In this document: positions 11,085-25,200 of the stretch, piece after piece | Layout of the letters: each line of letters starts with the position of its first letter | Numbering within the stretch: position 1 is the stretch's first letter | From: the human T2T-CHM13v2.0 reference genome, Homo sapiens | Direction: 5' to 3' (one strand) | NCBI RefSeq assembly: GCF_009914755.1 | Contig: NC_060931.1 | DNA: 64,000 nt | Notes under the pieces: model-generated | What the model was told of the DNA's origin: nothing | Databases searched by the model: none | The model's input: the letters and a program-made list of their open reading frames with translations, nothing else | Made by a program: the position numbers and the translations under genes

Positions 11085-11170
11085 CTAAATCAGGGGAAAT
11101 TGAGTCTCTCTAAGGTGCAGTAACTTACTAAGATACAAAACTCAGCATTAATTCTGTATACTTCAATATC
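11085..11170 (-). mobile_element. MIR fragment
   Basis: ggggaaattgagtctctctaaggtgcagtaacttactaagatacaaaactc resembles the reverse MIR core gaggaaactgaggctcagagaggttaagtaacttgcccaaggtcacacagct. Confidence 0.5.
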
Positions 11171-12519
11171 CTGCCCTCTTCTCATTTGTCTTTATTGCCT
11201 TTTATGGATGTGTTAGATGTTCAATAAATTCTATTTTTTAAACTGAATTTAAGCAGTGGAGCAGTGTTTTGTTGAACAATAAATATGATATTGGACACTC
11301 TTCCTCCCTTTCATTTATGATGCAGTTCATGAAAAAGAGAAATTCTTTCATTGTGCTAGAAGCTTAAAATAATGAAAATGCCACTTTCCACATAAAACAG
11401 AAACTGAAGGGAATCAAGGTGAATTGCATGAGACATAGAAAACAAGTGGGAAATAAATCTAGTATAATTTCCCCTTTGTGTACCTTTGTTATTTAGCATT
11501 TGAGAAAATGTTTCCCCCAAATATCTTCGCATCTTAATTCATGTCTATAAAGTAGACATTTATGTCTCACCTTGTCAAGAAGGGCAAACTCTAACATAAA
11601 CATTTCCCAAAAATGCTTCCTGCTAAAACGTGAGCTCAGTCTGGCTAGAAATTAAGCTCACTTCATAAAAATTAGTTGGTAGCTAATCTTTGCATGCTGT
11701 TCTCTGAACTTGAGTGAAAGCTGTCCATCAGGCATACAGGGAATGACGGAAAAGGTGACAACAGAAGATGAATGCTATGTCACTAACCTTCAAAGATGAC
11801 CTGCCTTTTCTTTCAAATTCTTGATATCTTAAGACTTCATTCATCTCTCTTTGCCCTTGGTTCAACATTGTGCTATATCAAAACTCATGTAAAACAATGA
11901 TCTATTGTAATAAAAATGGCATTTTTCTTTCATGTAGATGCAAGCTATCTGGCATTTTTACAATCAACATACTTCCGTTGTCAATTTTTCATTCTGTATT
12001 GGAACAAATTGATAGGTGTTTCTGAAGGGATGAAGGTGTTTCTGTGTTCATTCTGATCCAAACGTTTTTTAGACCTAGTGGTGTTTGTAAGACAATTTGT
12101 GCCAGCTGACCAAGGACCACTGTGGCAGAAAGCAGCAAACTTGCATAAGATGTTGCTGCCTCATCAGTTGGCTTTGAAAACTAGGGGCTTATTCTATAGT
12201 CCTACGAATCAAAGACATTGATAGATGTAGTATAAGATTACAATCATATTTTCCTTTTGACAGTCACATTATAAAGCATGATGTATTGCAATTAATCTCA
12301 ATTAGCTGATGACAATTAAAATTAATAGTTTATTATTGCTGATAAACAATCATGACTCTCCTGTTCTCAAATGTGCAAGGAATTCTTGTAATTTTAATAC
12401 AAATTTGCATATTATTACTAATTGATTTAATCTCATTGGATTTGGTTCATGGATCCAATTTATTAAAATATTGATAATGGGATAATGATTTGTCTCCCCA
12501 TTACATTTACACTAAAAGA

Positions 12520-12805
12520 CACAATTCTTACAATGGTCTGCAAGCCCATCGTGATCTGCCGCATGTTAACCGCCAAAATTCTTTCATGTCTTCACCCTTG
12601 ATCTTACCAGTGGTCCTGGCCAACTCACTGTCCTCTGGACATGCCAACATGCTGCTGTCTTATGACCAAGACTCTAGTTAGTTTCTTGGCTTCGAAAGAT
12701 AACCCTCCATATATCCATTGATCAGCTTTTTCAACTTCCTCAAGTCTTTACTGAAACCTTACATTCTCGATGAGACCTATTCAGTATTTCAAACTGCCTC
12801 CCAGC
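12520..12805 (+). mobile_element. L2 (LINE-2) 3' region fragment
   Basis: cttacaatggtctgcaagcccatcgtgatctgcc...cttcctcaagtctttactgaaaccttacattctcgatgagacct resembles L2 3' consensus motifs. Confidence 0.65.
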
Positions 12806-12837
12806 TGCAACAGTCCAAAACCCCTTAGTCTTCTGTG

Positions 12838-15410
12838 TATTTTTGAAAGGATTTATTGAGATATAATTTACATACTGTAGAGTGCACATATTAATGTCTA
12901 CAAGTCAATGGCTTTTAGTATATACATAGATAAGTGGAGCCATCATCACAATGAATTTTAGAGCATTTTCATCACTTCAAAAAGAAACCCCACCTTCTCT
13001 AGCTGTTAACCTCCTATGCACTCATTCCCTGCTCAATCCTAAGCAACCACAAATGTGTTTTATGTCTCTGTAGATCTTCCTATTTTATTTTCATCTAAAT
13101 AGAATCATACAATAGGTGGACTTTATGTGCCTGGATTCTTTCAATTGGCATAATGCTATCAAGGTTCATATGTGTATTGGTACTTTATTTCTTTTTATAA
13201 CTGTATAACATTCAATTTCATGGATATAACATTTTGTTTATCCAATAATATTTTTATTGACATTTGAGTTGTGTTCAGCCTTTGGCTACTTTAAATACTG
13301 CTTTTAAAATACTGGTGTACAATTTGTGTTTGAACACCTCTTTCCAATACTCAGAGGGTATACCTGGGAATAAATTTCTGGGTCATATGACAATTCTATG
13401 TTTAATGTATTTAGAAGCCATCAACCTGTTTTCCAAAGAGGCCAGTTCTAGCCATAGAGTATCTAACTGTGGTTTTGATTTGTAGTTGCCTGATGAGTGA
13501 TGCTGTTGAGTATTTTTTATGGGATTATTGACCGTTCGTGTATCTTCTTGGGATACACATCTATTCCTATCATTTATCAGTTTTGAGTTGGGATTTTTGT
13601 TACCGAGTTAAAACAATATTTCTACATTGAAGATACATATATATGCAGACATATAGATATGTGTTTCTCAAATATTTTCTCACAATTTTTGAGCTGCCTT
13701 TTGACTTGCTTGGTTGTCCTTTGAAACACCAATGTCTTTAATTTTTAAGAAATTTTAAATATCTAATTTTTATTTTGTTGCTCATGTTTTTGGTGTTACA
13801 GCTATTTCTTTGCTAGATCCAAAATCCTGAAGATTTTCGCATATGCTTTATTCTAGCTCTTGTATGTATGTCTTAAATTCATTTGAGTTAATATTTTTGT
13901 ATGCTTTGGGGTAAGGGTTCGAATTTACTATTTTGCAAGTGGCGATCCACGTGTACATTGTTGACCCAGTTTGTTCAAAGACTGTCTCTTCCTCATTGAA
14001 TTGCACATGGCACCACTGTAAGAATCCATTGACTAGAGACACATAGTTTTATATATGGACTCTCAATTCTCTTCCATCAATCTATATATTTTTCCTTCAT
14101 CAGTATTGTGTTGTCTTGATTACTGATGCTTTGCCGTAAGATTTGGAGCACAGGGGTGTGAATTATCCTAATAGGTTTTCTTTTATCAAGACTATTTTGG
14201 CTATTTTGCGTCCCTTATAATCCCATGTGTATTTTAAAATCAGCTTGTCCATTTCTAGACAGAAGTCTGTTGGGATACTTGCAGGGATTACGTCAAATCT
14301 GTAGTTAAACTTGTAAAGTACTACAATATTAAATCTTCCAATTCATGGGTGGAAGATGTTTGCTAATTATTTAGACGTTCTTTAAACAATAATTTTTAAT
14401 TTTCAGAGTAAAATCTTGTATCACATTTTCCAAATTAATTATTATTTATTTTTTTGATGCTATTTTAAATTGAAGTGTTTTCTTAATTTCATTTTGGGGT
14501 TTTCATTGTAGATGTGTGCAATTGATTTTTGCACATTTATCTTGTATGCTGTAATATTGCTGAAATAATTTACTAGTTCTATCGTTCAGTGGATTCCTTA
14601 AAATTTTCTATATACAAGAATGTTATTTTCAAATCAAGTTTTATTTCTTCCTGTTCAATATGGGTGACTCTTTTTTTTTTGTTGCCGATTTGCCCTGAAT
14701 AAAATCTTTAGTACAGTGTTCACTAGAAGAGGTCAAAGTATATACCCTATTCTTATCTCTGACCATAGTGGGAAAGCATCCTTTACCATTAAGTTGCATG
14801 CTTGCTGTTGGCTTTTCACAGGTGCCATGTATCTGGTGTAGAAAGTTCTCTATTCCTGGTTCATTGAGTTTTTATTTTTACTTTTAATAATTAAAGCTTT
14901 TGGGTTTTGGTAAATGTCTTTTCCGAATCTTTCGACATGATCATGCAATTCTCGTTTCTTATTCTATGGATAAGATGTATTACCTTAATGGATTTTGGGC
15001 TGTTAAACCAACCTGAGATTACTAGTATAAATTTCACTTTCTCATAGTGTATAATTCTTTTATATGTTGCTAGATCTGGTTTGTTAGTATTTTTTAAGGA
15101 ATTTTGCATTTATACTTATAGTAGTTTTATTTTTCTATGCTATTTGGACTAATTTTTGTATCAAGGTAACACTGGCCTCACAGAATAAATTGGGAAGTGA
15201 ATATTTCTCTTTTTAAAAAAGTCAGTCAAGAATTAATGTCAATTAGTTAATACTAACAAATATGATTAATATTATAAATTATTAATTTCTCTAATTTTTA
15301 TTTTCTTCCTTCTGCTGGCTTTAGGTTTAGTTTGCTATTCTTTCCAGTGCCTTAATGTGGAAGGTCATCTTATCTCCTCCTTTCCTTTGTCTTTTCATTT
15401 TCGATATAGT
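12838..15410 (-). mobile_element. L1MB-type LINE-1, ~2.6-kb 5'-truncated copy with degraded ORF2 reverse transcriptase remnants
   Basis: 3' end tttattgagatataatttacatac at ~12850. ORF 14891..15109 (KRIIHYEKVKFILVISGWFNSPKSIKVIHLIHRIRNENCMIMSKDSEKTFTKTQ) parallels L1 ORF2 [54 protein letters not shown]. ORF 13848..14042 (WIATCKIVNSNPYPKAYKNINS) parallels [22 protein letters not shown]. Confidence 0.92.
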
Positions 15411-15419
15411 GTCTTTTTA

Positions 15420-15720
15420 GCATCAGGTGAGCTCCCCAGGTTGGTACTCCATGTTTATTGCTGTACAACAATGACAGGTAATATGTCCTGAAGACAATGG
15501 AAACTTAACATTCAAAATCCTCCTAGATTCCACCTTATGTGATATGTGTCTTCCTTTGATTGGGTCCTAATTTCTACCTTTCCTCTATTATAAACCATGA
15601 GTACAATGGCATTCAATGAGTTCTGTGAGTCTTTTTAGTAAATTCTTGAAACTGAGGGTGTTCTGGGGAAACCCCTGAACTGGCAGTTATTTGGTGACAA
15701 AAGTGCAAATCATCTTATAT
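15420..15720 (+). mobile_element. MER21-family LTR fragment
   Basis: ataaaccatgagtacaatggcattcaatgagttctgtgagtctttttagtaaattcttgaaactgagggtgttctggggaaacccctgaac matches my recollection of the MER21 LTR 3' part. Confidence 0.65.
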
Positions 15721-16329
15721 GGCCTCCTCCTTTGAACTTTGCAGCTGGACCCAAACTCTTCACAATTTGGGCCAGAAGTCTTGTGTTGACTTTGCAGCCT
15801 AAATTATCTTGTAGTTTGTCTAACCCTCAATAAATTTGCTTTCATCAAATATTGTATTTGTTACCCCAAAATTACTATCATGTTTCTTTTCTCCAAATAA
15901 CTAACATTGGGAGAAATAGCCAGCTGAATCTGTAACTCAACAGAAACAAGTGATCCGTATACCATATAAGTGGCCATTTCATTTTGCCTTCTTCCACCAA
16001 ATCTTAGCAACCTCAACCATTGCCATGAGCCACTGTAGGCCTACCGTCTACAAACAAACAAGTATTTTTTAAAAACACTTCATACTCCCATTTGATAAAT
16101 TTCCCAGCAAAGAGATGCTTACTTTTACTCTATGCAGGTGGCTCATATTCGCCAAGTCTGGAGATATTATTCATGTAGTGTGAGAAAATCATCCCAGCGA
16201 TGCCAGCACATTCTCCTTCCCATGATCTGCTTAGTTTGCAAACATATTCAGGCCATGGGTGAGAGATTTGTATTTCACAGTACAACAATTTTATGGAGGT
16301 CATTGAAACTTAGATTTAGCATTTTAGCA

Positions 16330-16671
16330 CAGTCACGCATCACTGAATGACAGCGATACGTTCTAACAGATGCATCCATAGGCAATTTCATCATTTTGCA
16401 AACGTTAGAGAGAATATTACAAACACCTAGTTTGTACAGCTTACCACGTTTAGGTTACATGGCATAACCTCTCTCTCCTAGGCTACAAACCTGTGTAGTA
16501 CATTACTGTACTGAATACTGCAGGCAATAAGAACACAGTGGTAAGAGTTTATGTATGTAAACATACTTAAACATAGAAAAGTATGTAAAAATATGTATTA
16601 TAATCTCATGGGACCACTTTTGTATATGTAATCCACCTTTGAATGAAATATTATTATACATGACATGACTC
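16330..16671. mobile_element. Tigger3a (MER7A/Golem-type) Tc1-mariner MITE, essentially full length (~340 bp)
   Basis: Terminal inverted repeats cagtcacgc.../...catgactc followed by TA; diagnostic core ctcctaggctacaaacctgt...tactgtactgaatactg...ttataatctcatgggaccac. Confidence 0.85.
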
Positions 16672-19425
16672 TATGACAAAAATAATACATTTTAAAAAAT
16701 GTAAACATGTATCAAACATATTATTATGAAAATAAACATATTTATTCAGTGTAAGAATTTGTAATGATCACAGCTTATATTTAAGTACAATTTCAAATGC
16801 CTAGTGCAATTACTGTTTATTTCTTTGTGTATTTTAAACATGTATATAATAAATATTTTTCAGGTTCAACAATATATATCAATCCTACAGGCTCTTATAA
16901 ATATTAGTTAAAATCAATTGGTAAATTCATGTATATATATATGCATACCTGTATCAGTGAGCGTGTGTGCATTTATGTTTGTGTAAATGTAATTGTATGT
17001 GTGTGTAAATGTAATTGGATGCATCCTTATATTTACCCTTACCTACAAGATTTCCAAGATTCATTTATGATCTTTAGATGATGGGCATTTAAAGATTTAC
17101 CAAATACAACTGTAATAGTGGAAAATATCAAGATGTTATTAAATTCATCTTGTGCACATAATTGTTGCTATAAACTTATGTTTCTTGCAAAACTTGCAGT
17201 AATGCTCATGCACAAAATAATTTTCTAAATAAAAAATAAAAACGTTTTCTCAGTCATTAATTCTTAAAATTATTTCTCCCCAATAATTAATGTGAATTAA
17301 TTCTTAATTCTCAATTATAGAATAATGTTGCCCTTCAGGTTTTGGAAATTTTTACATGTTGTACACATTTCACTAACCAGAACAACTTCTGAAATATTGG
17401 CATTAATTACTGTCACTCAGCAATTATTGATTTCAAAGGCATTAAATACCATTCATATTCTGAATCACAAGGTTACTTTGGCATCTTATTTAATCAAGCT
17501 CTTTGTTTCATCATCTACACTTTAATTACTTAACAAACATTTCTCTGTGTGAGAAAGATTGAGCAGGTTATTGTGCTTTTTTAAGATGCAACTTTTGCTT
17601 AATCTAGAGATAGGCAATGCTCCCTATAAGGGACAAGGAGAAAAATAAATGAGCAATAGAGATGTGACAGGCATGGAAAAAGACACTACATTTATCAAAC
17701 AAATAGGGCCATGGATGACGATAATGGGGATCAAATCTTGAGATACTGACTCAGTTTATAACCACACTGTATAATAGAGCAAATCATTTGTTAATTTTTT
17801 CACGAACAGAATTCAATAAAATTAAGATGAATACCGTGTTTTAAACAAGGCAGGTCATCTTAAAATAAAATAGTGGAATAACGTGATAAAACCAATGTAA
17901 GAATTGTAAACATTTTATAAAGAATTTTTGTCATGTAATTTAATATGTTTGTTCATTTAAAATCACCCAAATCAAAATAATTTTATTTTAATTAACAATC
18001 ATCCGAAGTTTAACTAATTTTTACTTCATAATACTAGGTTTAAAAATTCTTAACTATATTTTCAATCACATATGCTTATATATAAAATAGACATTGGATA
18101 TATATTTACATGTTCACAATATTATACTGTGATTGCTCCTATGGATGTGGTTTTTCAATAGAATTAATAAGTACTTTTAAAGTTTCAATTTCAATGATGA
18201 ATATGATTGATTTTTCTTAGACAAAGCATACATATATTGATAAGTAATAATATGAAAATCTTCTAAAGGCATTACAGGAACACGAAAATGTAATTACTCA
18301 CTAATTTTTAATGTTTTATGTAAGCGGAACACATTTAACTGAAAATGCTTTTATATAATACTCAAACAAGACTAAAAACTTTTTAACCAGCGGAGTAAGT
18401 TTTCAAATTGATAATCTGAAGTATATAAGAGGAGAAACTTCAGGCACTCTAACATTTGAAATGTTACAAAATATTTATATAAACTATTATTTAACAATAT
18501 CTGTTTGTAGAGTGCTATACAGTAATCAATATAAATGACATCTCAGTCTTTCTATAGCTTTGACCACATGACCACATTTACCTCCTAATTTTAATTATTA
18601 ATATGTTGGAGCAGTGCATACAACTAGATTCTGATCTTCCTTTTTAATAAGTAAAAATATGTCCTTTGAGACAGCATTAAAGGAAGAGCACCTTGTATAA
18701 ATTCAACGCCAAGAGACAAGATATTCTTGATTCTGAAGTCTTGTTCTTTCATAAAGCAATGTAATTAATAAGAAGAAAAGCAGGACATAGATGTGGAGCC
18801 TATTTTAATAAAAATTGTCTATAGATTTTGATGATAAAATTTAAAAATCTACTATATTTAGTTAGTTACAAAAAACTAGGTTGTGGGAATATATTTGGTC
18901 AATAAAACACCCCTACCAAGTGCTGACAAGAAAAAAACTTAGGTACCACCTTTCTTCTCTGCAGATGGCTTGAGATGGGTTAATTTGAAAGAATGCTTCC
19001 AAACCTGAGGTGACCCCTGAGAACAGCATAATCCACTGCTGTCTCCCACATTCAGTTTCTCAGTTTGTGCTCTTTTAATTTTGCGGGGAGGGAAGCCAGT
19101 TCTTTAAACCAATCTTCAGCATGATGGCAGAGCCAAGGAGTGTGGACAGCTGGCACGGTGTCTGACTTTGTTCTAGCAGCCACTTGGGCTTTCTCTGGGT
19201 CTTCTCTGCCCTAGGGATAGCACCACTATTGAAAACATATCTTTGTGACACTCTCTATGCCAGGAACTCCCATCACATTTTCCTTGAAACTGATGAAATG
19301 AATAAAAATAAACCAAGAGGTGTGCTGTTTGTTTCTGTTTCCTCCTTTCTGCAGCCCTTCTTGATCATCTAATATTTTTAAATACATTGTCGATCACCAA
19401 AAGGAGCATAAGGGTTATATTGATT

Positions 19426-19850
19426 TGTAGCAGATGTATTAATAGCCCAGCTGCTATTCCTTACCTGTAGCTGCTGGGAAGAAAACCATTCTTAACACTC
19501 TACAAGGTCTCATCTCCAGAATTTGCAGCTGTTTCTTGCTGAGGACTTTCTCTAGCAGCACGGGAGATTGATACTGGGCACGAAGTGGGAAGAAAAGGTG
19601 AGGGTAACTAAGAAGAATCTCCCTGGATTCAGTGATTTAATTCTGAGGCATGTTCCACATAGCTTCCCATAGAATTAAGCCCAGATATCTAACACAGGAA
19701 CTTGCCTCTTAACATGTGTGGTACTGGCTTTTCTATCTTTCCTGTTTTATTTTGTTCTCTCTTCCTTGTCTCACTTTCACTGTGTCCTCACTCCTGCTTT
19801 AAGAATACCCAAACAAATACATTCATTTATTTTTTAGAGTCTCAGAACAC
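19426..19850 (+). mobile_element. LTR16-family (ERVL) solo LTR, highly diverged
   Basis: Starts tgtagcagatg; contains attctgaggcatgttccaca...tactggcttttct...cttgtctcactttc...cccaaacaaatac; ends ...gaacaca. Confidence 0.6.
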
Positions 19851-22280
19851 AGTTGATAGTTGAACTTGTAATCTATGATAATCAGCTTGGATGCTATACT
19901 GACAGGAAGATAGTGAACTCACAATGTCTAATTAAGATAAAATTAAAAAGTATATTGATTCATGTCCAAAGATTTAAAAAACCTAAGCGGCAGTGTCACA
20001 ATTTCTTCTTTTTAGTTTACATGGTTTCTTAAATGCCTACAATTGTTTTAAAGGAAGCCTTGAATCTAGGAAAAATTGAGATATATGGAATAAATTACTA
20101 ACCCATTTCTCCTTGAAATCCATTAGATGCTTGATGATTTTTCACATATATTTCTGAATTGAAAAGCTAGTTGTGAATTAATTTTATAAGCATATCCTTA
20201 TGTAATAATTTGTTCTTAACAGTGAATTGAAGGTTTAAAGATTAAATCATTCTATCCAGAGAATAAAAAGCAATTATTTCACAAGGAGAACGTGTGTAAG
20301 TTGACATGACATTTTAAACTCCAGATTTTAAAATACATACCATATACCTTTGTATCAATTATAATATATTTGTATCAGTCTTTCTACAGTATTACACCTG
20401 TCTAAATGTACTTGAACTACAACAACTACCTTGAGAAATTTTGAAATTTATGATTCCTCTGAAACTGATTAAAAGAATTACGGTAGAGTGAAATTCTGAT
20501 TGACATAATTTGGGAGAGAAATTATTCCTTGGAAATCAACCTCTGCCAAGATAGTTTATAATGACATTGAGGCTTTTTGATTTACACAATTTGTTATATA
20601 AAAAATACTAAGACGATCACAGGTAATACAAAGACTTTAATTAAAATTGTACAACAATTAAAACTCTGAATAAATTAGAAGTGTACATGGTACATCTAAA
20701 TGTATGTTTATGTATTTTATTTGTGCATTTTTTTCCTAGGGTTTCTTTTGCTTTAGTTTGTAAAACGTTCTTATTTTTATGATAATGTAGCATATACCAA
20801 ATAAAGAAAAATCAGGAAATAGAAAATGAAGAAGAAAACATTAGCTATTGTCAACCAAATAAAAATTGTGAAATATCTAAGCACATGAAATATGTAATAT
20901 TTGTACAGCATAGTACAATGTTTATGCTGCACAGGGTGATGTAAAGACTGCAAAACCTTGAACTTGGGGCAAATAAGAAAGTAAGGGAATTTTCACAACA
21001 TATTAATATTATAGAAAATGCTGAACTTAACAGTTAACATACAAGTAGTGAAAAATGATAGTATTTAAGGAGATCTAGAAAATTTAATCTATACCTGTAA
21101 TGTGTGAGAAGTATTAGAATAATGCTTGTATTTCTGGATTGGCATCGATTTCTATTGAGAATGGAAACATAATAGAAGTGAAGGAAAAATAATTTAAATT
21201 GTGGATACTTGAGTTTTATACCTAGGAATTCGAGAAATACATTTTGTTCCTATCAAAGCAGTTGGCCCAAGAGTGTACAAAATTCCGTAATTGTGTCTAT
21301 GTGGAGAAGACATAGACAAACAGAGAATAGCAAAACAGAAATAGCAAAAAACACAAATAAATTTTACCTGTATTTTTAAGTAAAAGCCAATTAGAGAAGG
21401 AAAACATGAAATTTGTGTTTTATCAAAACTTTTATCTTTCTCATAATATAGTTGAATATATTACTGGAAAAAATTTGAAGCACTGTTATGTTCACAAATA
21501 AAAGTGAAATATAAAGTCAAAACCATGGGAATGCAGGGAGCAGACAAAATATAACTAAACACCGAAACTGATTTTGCCCTACGGACATGTAGCAATATGA
21601 ATGAGTGCAGATTCCTACTGTCATACATCACATAGGACAGTAAAGAAATACATAGTTTTTCCCAAGATAGGGCATCACACAGGAGCTCTTCCCTAAAGCT
21701 AGGACCAAAATTTCTATCCTCTGTATAAAGAAGAATCAGAGGTAAATTAGTCCCATTTCACATTCCCTGGAAATGGCAAATAAAAATGACTTGAGATTGG
21801 ACAGATTTAAAGAAATTCAATCGTTAATGATTTACAGCAACTAATTTAAAAATTGTTTAAATATGCAGTCCAAACATACGCCTGAACACCTTTAGGCCAA
21901 GAATTAACATAATGTGGTCCCAGAATGGTGGTGCCTTTTGTAGAATCACAAAAAAAATCAAATTCTCTTTGGCAAATTTTCTACTTACTAAACCGCAAAA
22001 GTGCACAAAAATAATTTTCAGAGAAAAATAAATATTTGTCATTCAAAGGCATCTAAGTATGCAAGGAAATGATATTCCACCATTTGAAAGGAAAGCAGAA
22101 AAAGAGTACAAACAGATCCACAAAGATTCATTAATAGAAATATCACTAATACATTATAAAGCACATTTGCTTTCAAAAAATTTTTAAAAAATGTATATAT
22201 TGTTAGGAGAGTAAAAAATACATGTAGCAAATTTGAAAACTAGTTTGTATAAAAATATAGTTATTTTAAATTAAAAATTC

Positions 22281-25200
22281 AAATCATCATCAAATGTAAT
22301 CAAATGGAATCATCGAATGGCATTGAATGGGATCATCATCGAATGGAGTTGAACAGAAACCTCAAATGCACTCGAATGGAATCATCATCACATGGAATCG
22401 AATGGAATCTTTGAATGGACTCGAACGGAGTCATCATCAAATGCAATCAAATGGAATCATCATCGAATGGAATCTAATGGAATCATCATCGAATGGAATC
22501 AAATGGAATCATCATCGAATGGAGTCACATGGAATCAACAAATGAAATAGAATTTAATAATCCTCAAAATGAAACGAATATAATCATCAAATGAAATCCA
22601 ATGGAATCATCATCGAATGGAATCGAATGGAATCATCATCGAATGCAATGGAATGGAAGCATCATGGAATGGAATCGAATGGAATCATCAATGAAGGGAA
22701 TTCTAAAGAATCATCATCGAATGGAATAAAATAGAATCATCAAATGGACTCCAATGGAATCATCGAACGGAGTCGAATGGCATCATCATCGAATGGAATC
22801 AAATAGAATCATTGAACGGAATTGAATGGAATCATCATCGAATGAAATCAAATGGAATCATCGAATGGACTTGAAAGAAATCATCGAGTGGAATCAAAGG
22901 AAATCATCGAATGGACATGAAAGGAGTCATAATCGCGTGGAATTGAATGGAATCTTTGAATGGACTCGATTGAAGTCATCATCGAATCCACTTGAAATTA
23001 ATCATCTTCGAATGGAATCGAATAGAACCATCATCAAATGGAATCCAATGGAATCATTGAATGGAATATATTGAAATCATAAATGAATGGAATCAAATAG
23101 AATCATTAAGGAAATTGAATGGAATGATCATCGAAAGGAAACTAATGGAATCATCACCGAATGGAATCAAATGGAATCTTCAAAAAATGGAATCATCGAA
23201 TAGACTCGAATGGAATCATCATTGAACAGAATCTAATGGAATCATCGAATGGACTCGAATGGAATTATCATCAAATGGAATCAAATGGAATCATCAAATG
23301 GACTCGAATGGAATCACCATTGAATGGAATCGAAAGGAATCACCATTGAATGGAATCACATGGAATCCTCATCGAATGGAATGGAATGGAATTATCGAAT
23401 GGACTGGAATGGAATCATAGTTGAATGGAATCAAATGGAATCTTCGAATGGACTCGATTGATATCATCATCGAATGCAATGAAATGGAATCATCATCGAA
23501 TGGAATGGAATGGAATCATCATCGAATGGAATTGAATGCAATCATCTAATGGAATAGAATTGAATCATCATCAAAAGGAATCAAATGGAATCATCATTGA
23601 ATGGAATCAAATAGAATAATCGAATGGACAAGAATGGAATCATCATCAAATGGCATCGAATATAATCATCTAATGAAATCGAATGGAATCATCATTGAAT
23701 GGAGTCAAATGGAATCATCATTGAATAGAATTGAAAGGAATCATCATCGAATGGAATCAAATGGAATTATCATCTAATGGAAACGAATGGAATCATCAAC
23801 GAATTCAATCAAATGGAGAAATCTAATGGAATCCTTTGGAATCATCATCGAATTGAACCGAACACACACATCATCAAATGGAATCTAATGGAATCTTCAT
23901 CAAATGGAATCAAACGGAATCATCATTGAATAGAATAGAATGGAAACATCAAATGGAATAGAATGGAATCATCATAAAAAAAAATCGAGGGGAATTATCG
24001 AATGGAATCAAACGGAATCATGGAATGAAATAGAATGGAATAACCATCGAATAAAATCGAATGGAATCATCGAATAGACTCGAATGGAATAATCGAATGG
24101 ACTCGAATGGAATCATCAAAAGGAATCGAATGGAATAATCGATTAGATGCGAATGGAATCATCATCAAATGGAATAGGTTGGAATCAAAGAAGGGACTCA
24201 AATGGAATCATCGAATGGACAAGAATGGAATCATCTAATGGACACGAATGGAATCATCATTGAATGGACACGAATTGAATCATCCAATGGAATCAAAAGG
24301 AATCGTCGTGGAATGGAATCGAATGGAATCATCATTGAATGGAATCGAATGGAATCATCATCAAATGGAATTGAATGGAACCATCATCAAATGGAATGAA
24401 ATGGAATCATCAATGAATGTAGTAGAATGGAGTTATCGAATGGACTCCATTGGAATCATCATTGAATGGAACTGAATGCAGTCATCGAATGCAATCAAAT
24501 GGTATCATCAAAAGGACTTGATGGAATCATCATCGCATGGAATCAAATGGAATCATTGAATGGACTCGAATGGAATGATCTTTGAGTGGAATCGAATGGA
24601 ATCATTGAATGCACTCAAATGGAATCATCATCGAATGGAATCGAAAGGAATCATCGAATGTACTTGAATGGAATCATTGAATGTACTCGAATGGAATCAT
24701 CATCAAATGGAATCAAATGGAATCATCAAATACACCCGAATGGAATCACCATCGAATGGAAACGAATGGAATTATCAAATGGAATCGAATGGAACCATCA
24801 TTGAATGGAATCGAATGGAATCATAATTGAATGGAATCGAATGGAATCATCATCTAATGGAATCTAATGGAATCATCATCTAATGGAAACGAATGGAATG
24901 ATAAACGAATGGAATCAAATGGAGAAATAGAATGGAATCCGTTGGAATCATCATCGATTGGAATCGAATACAAGCATTGAATGAAATCGAATGGAATCAT
25001 CAATGAACAGACTTAAAAGGACTCATCATCGCATGGACACGAATGGAATCATCGTCAAATTGAATCGAATGGAATCTTCACAGAATGGAATCGAATGGAA
25101 ACATCATCGAATTGAATCAAATGACATCATCATGGAATTGAATCGAAAGGCTAAACATCGAATGGAATCGAATGGAAACATCGTCAAATGGAATCAAAGG

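Noticed and set aside
10110-13500. Two L1MB 3' ends in opposite orientation about 2 kb apart (possible hairpin or dsRNA)
   Set aside because: Both are ancient and visibly diverged from each other; stable pairing is unlikely and the arrangement is common.
13848-15109. Reverse-transcriptase-like peptides
   Set aside because: Fragmented remnants of L1 ORF2 in an old L1MB copy, broken by stops and frameshifts; not a functional or domesticated RT.
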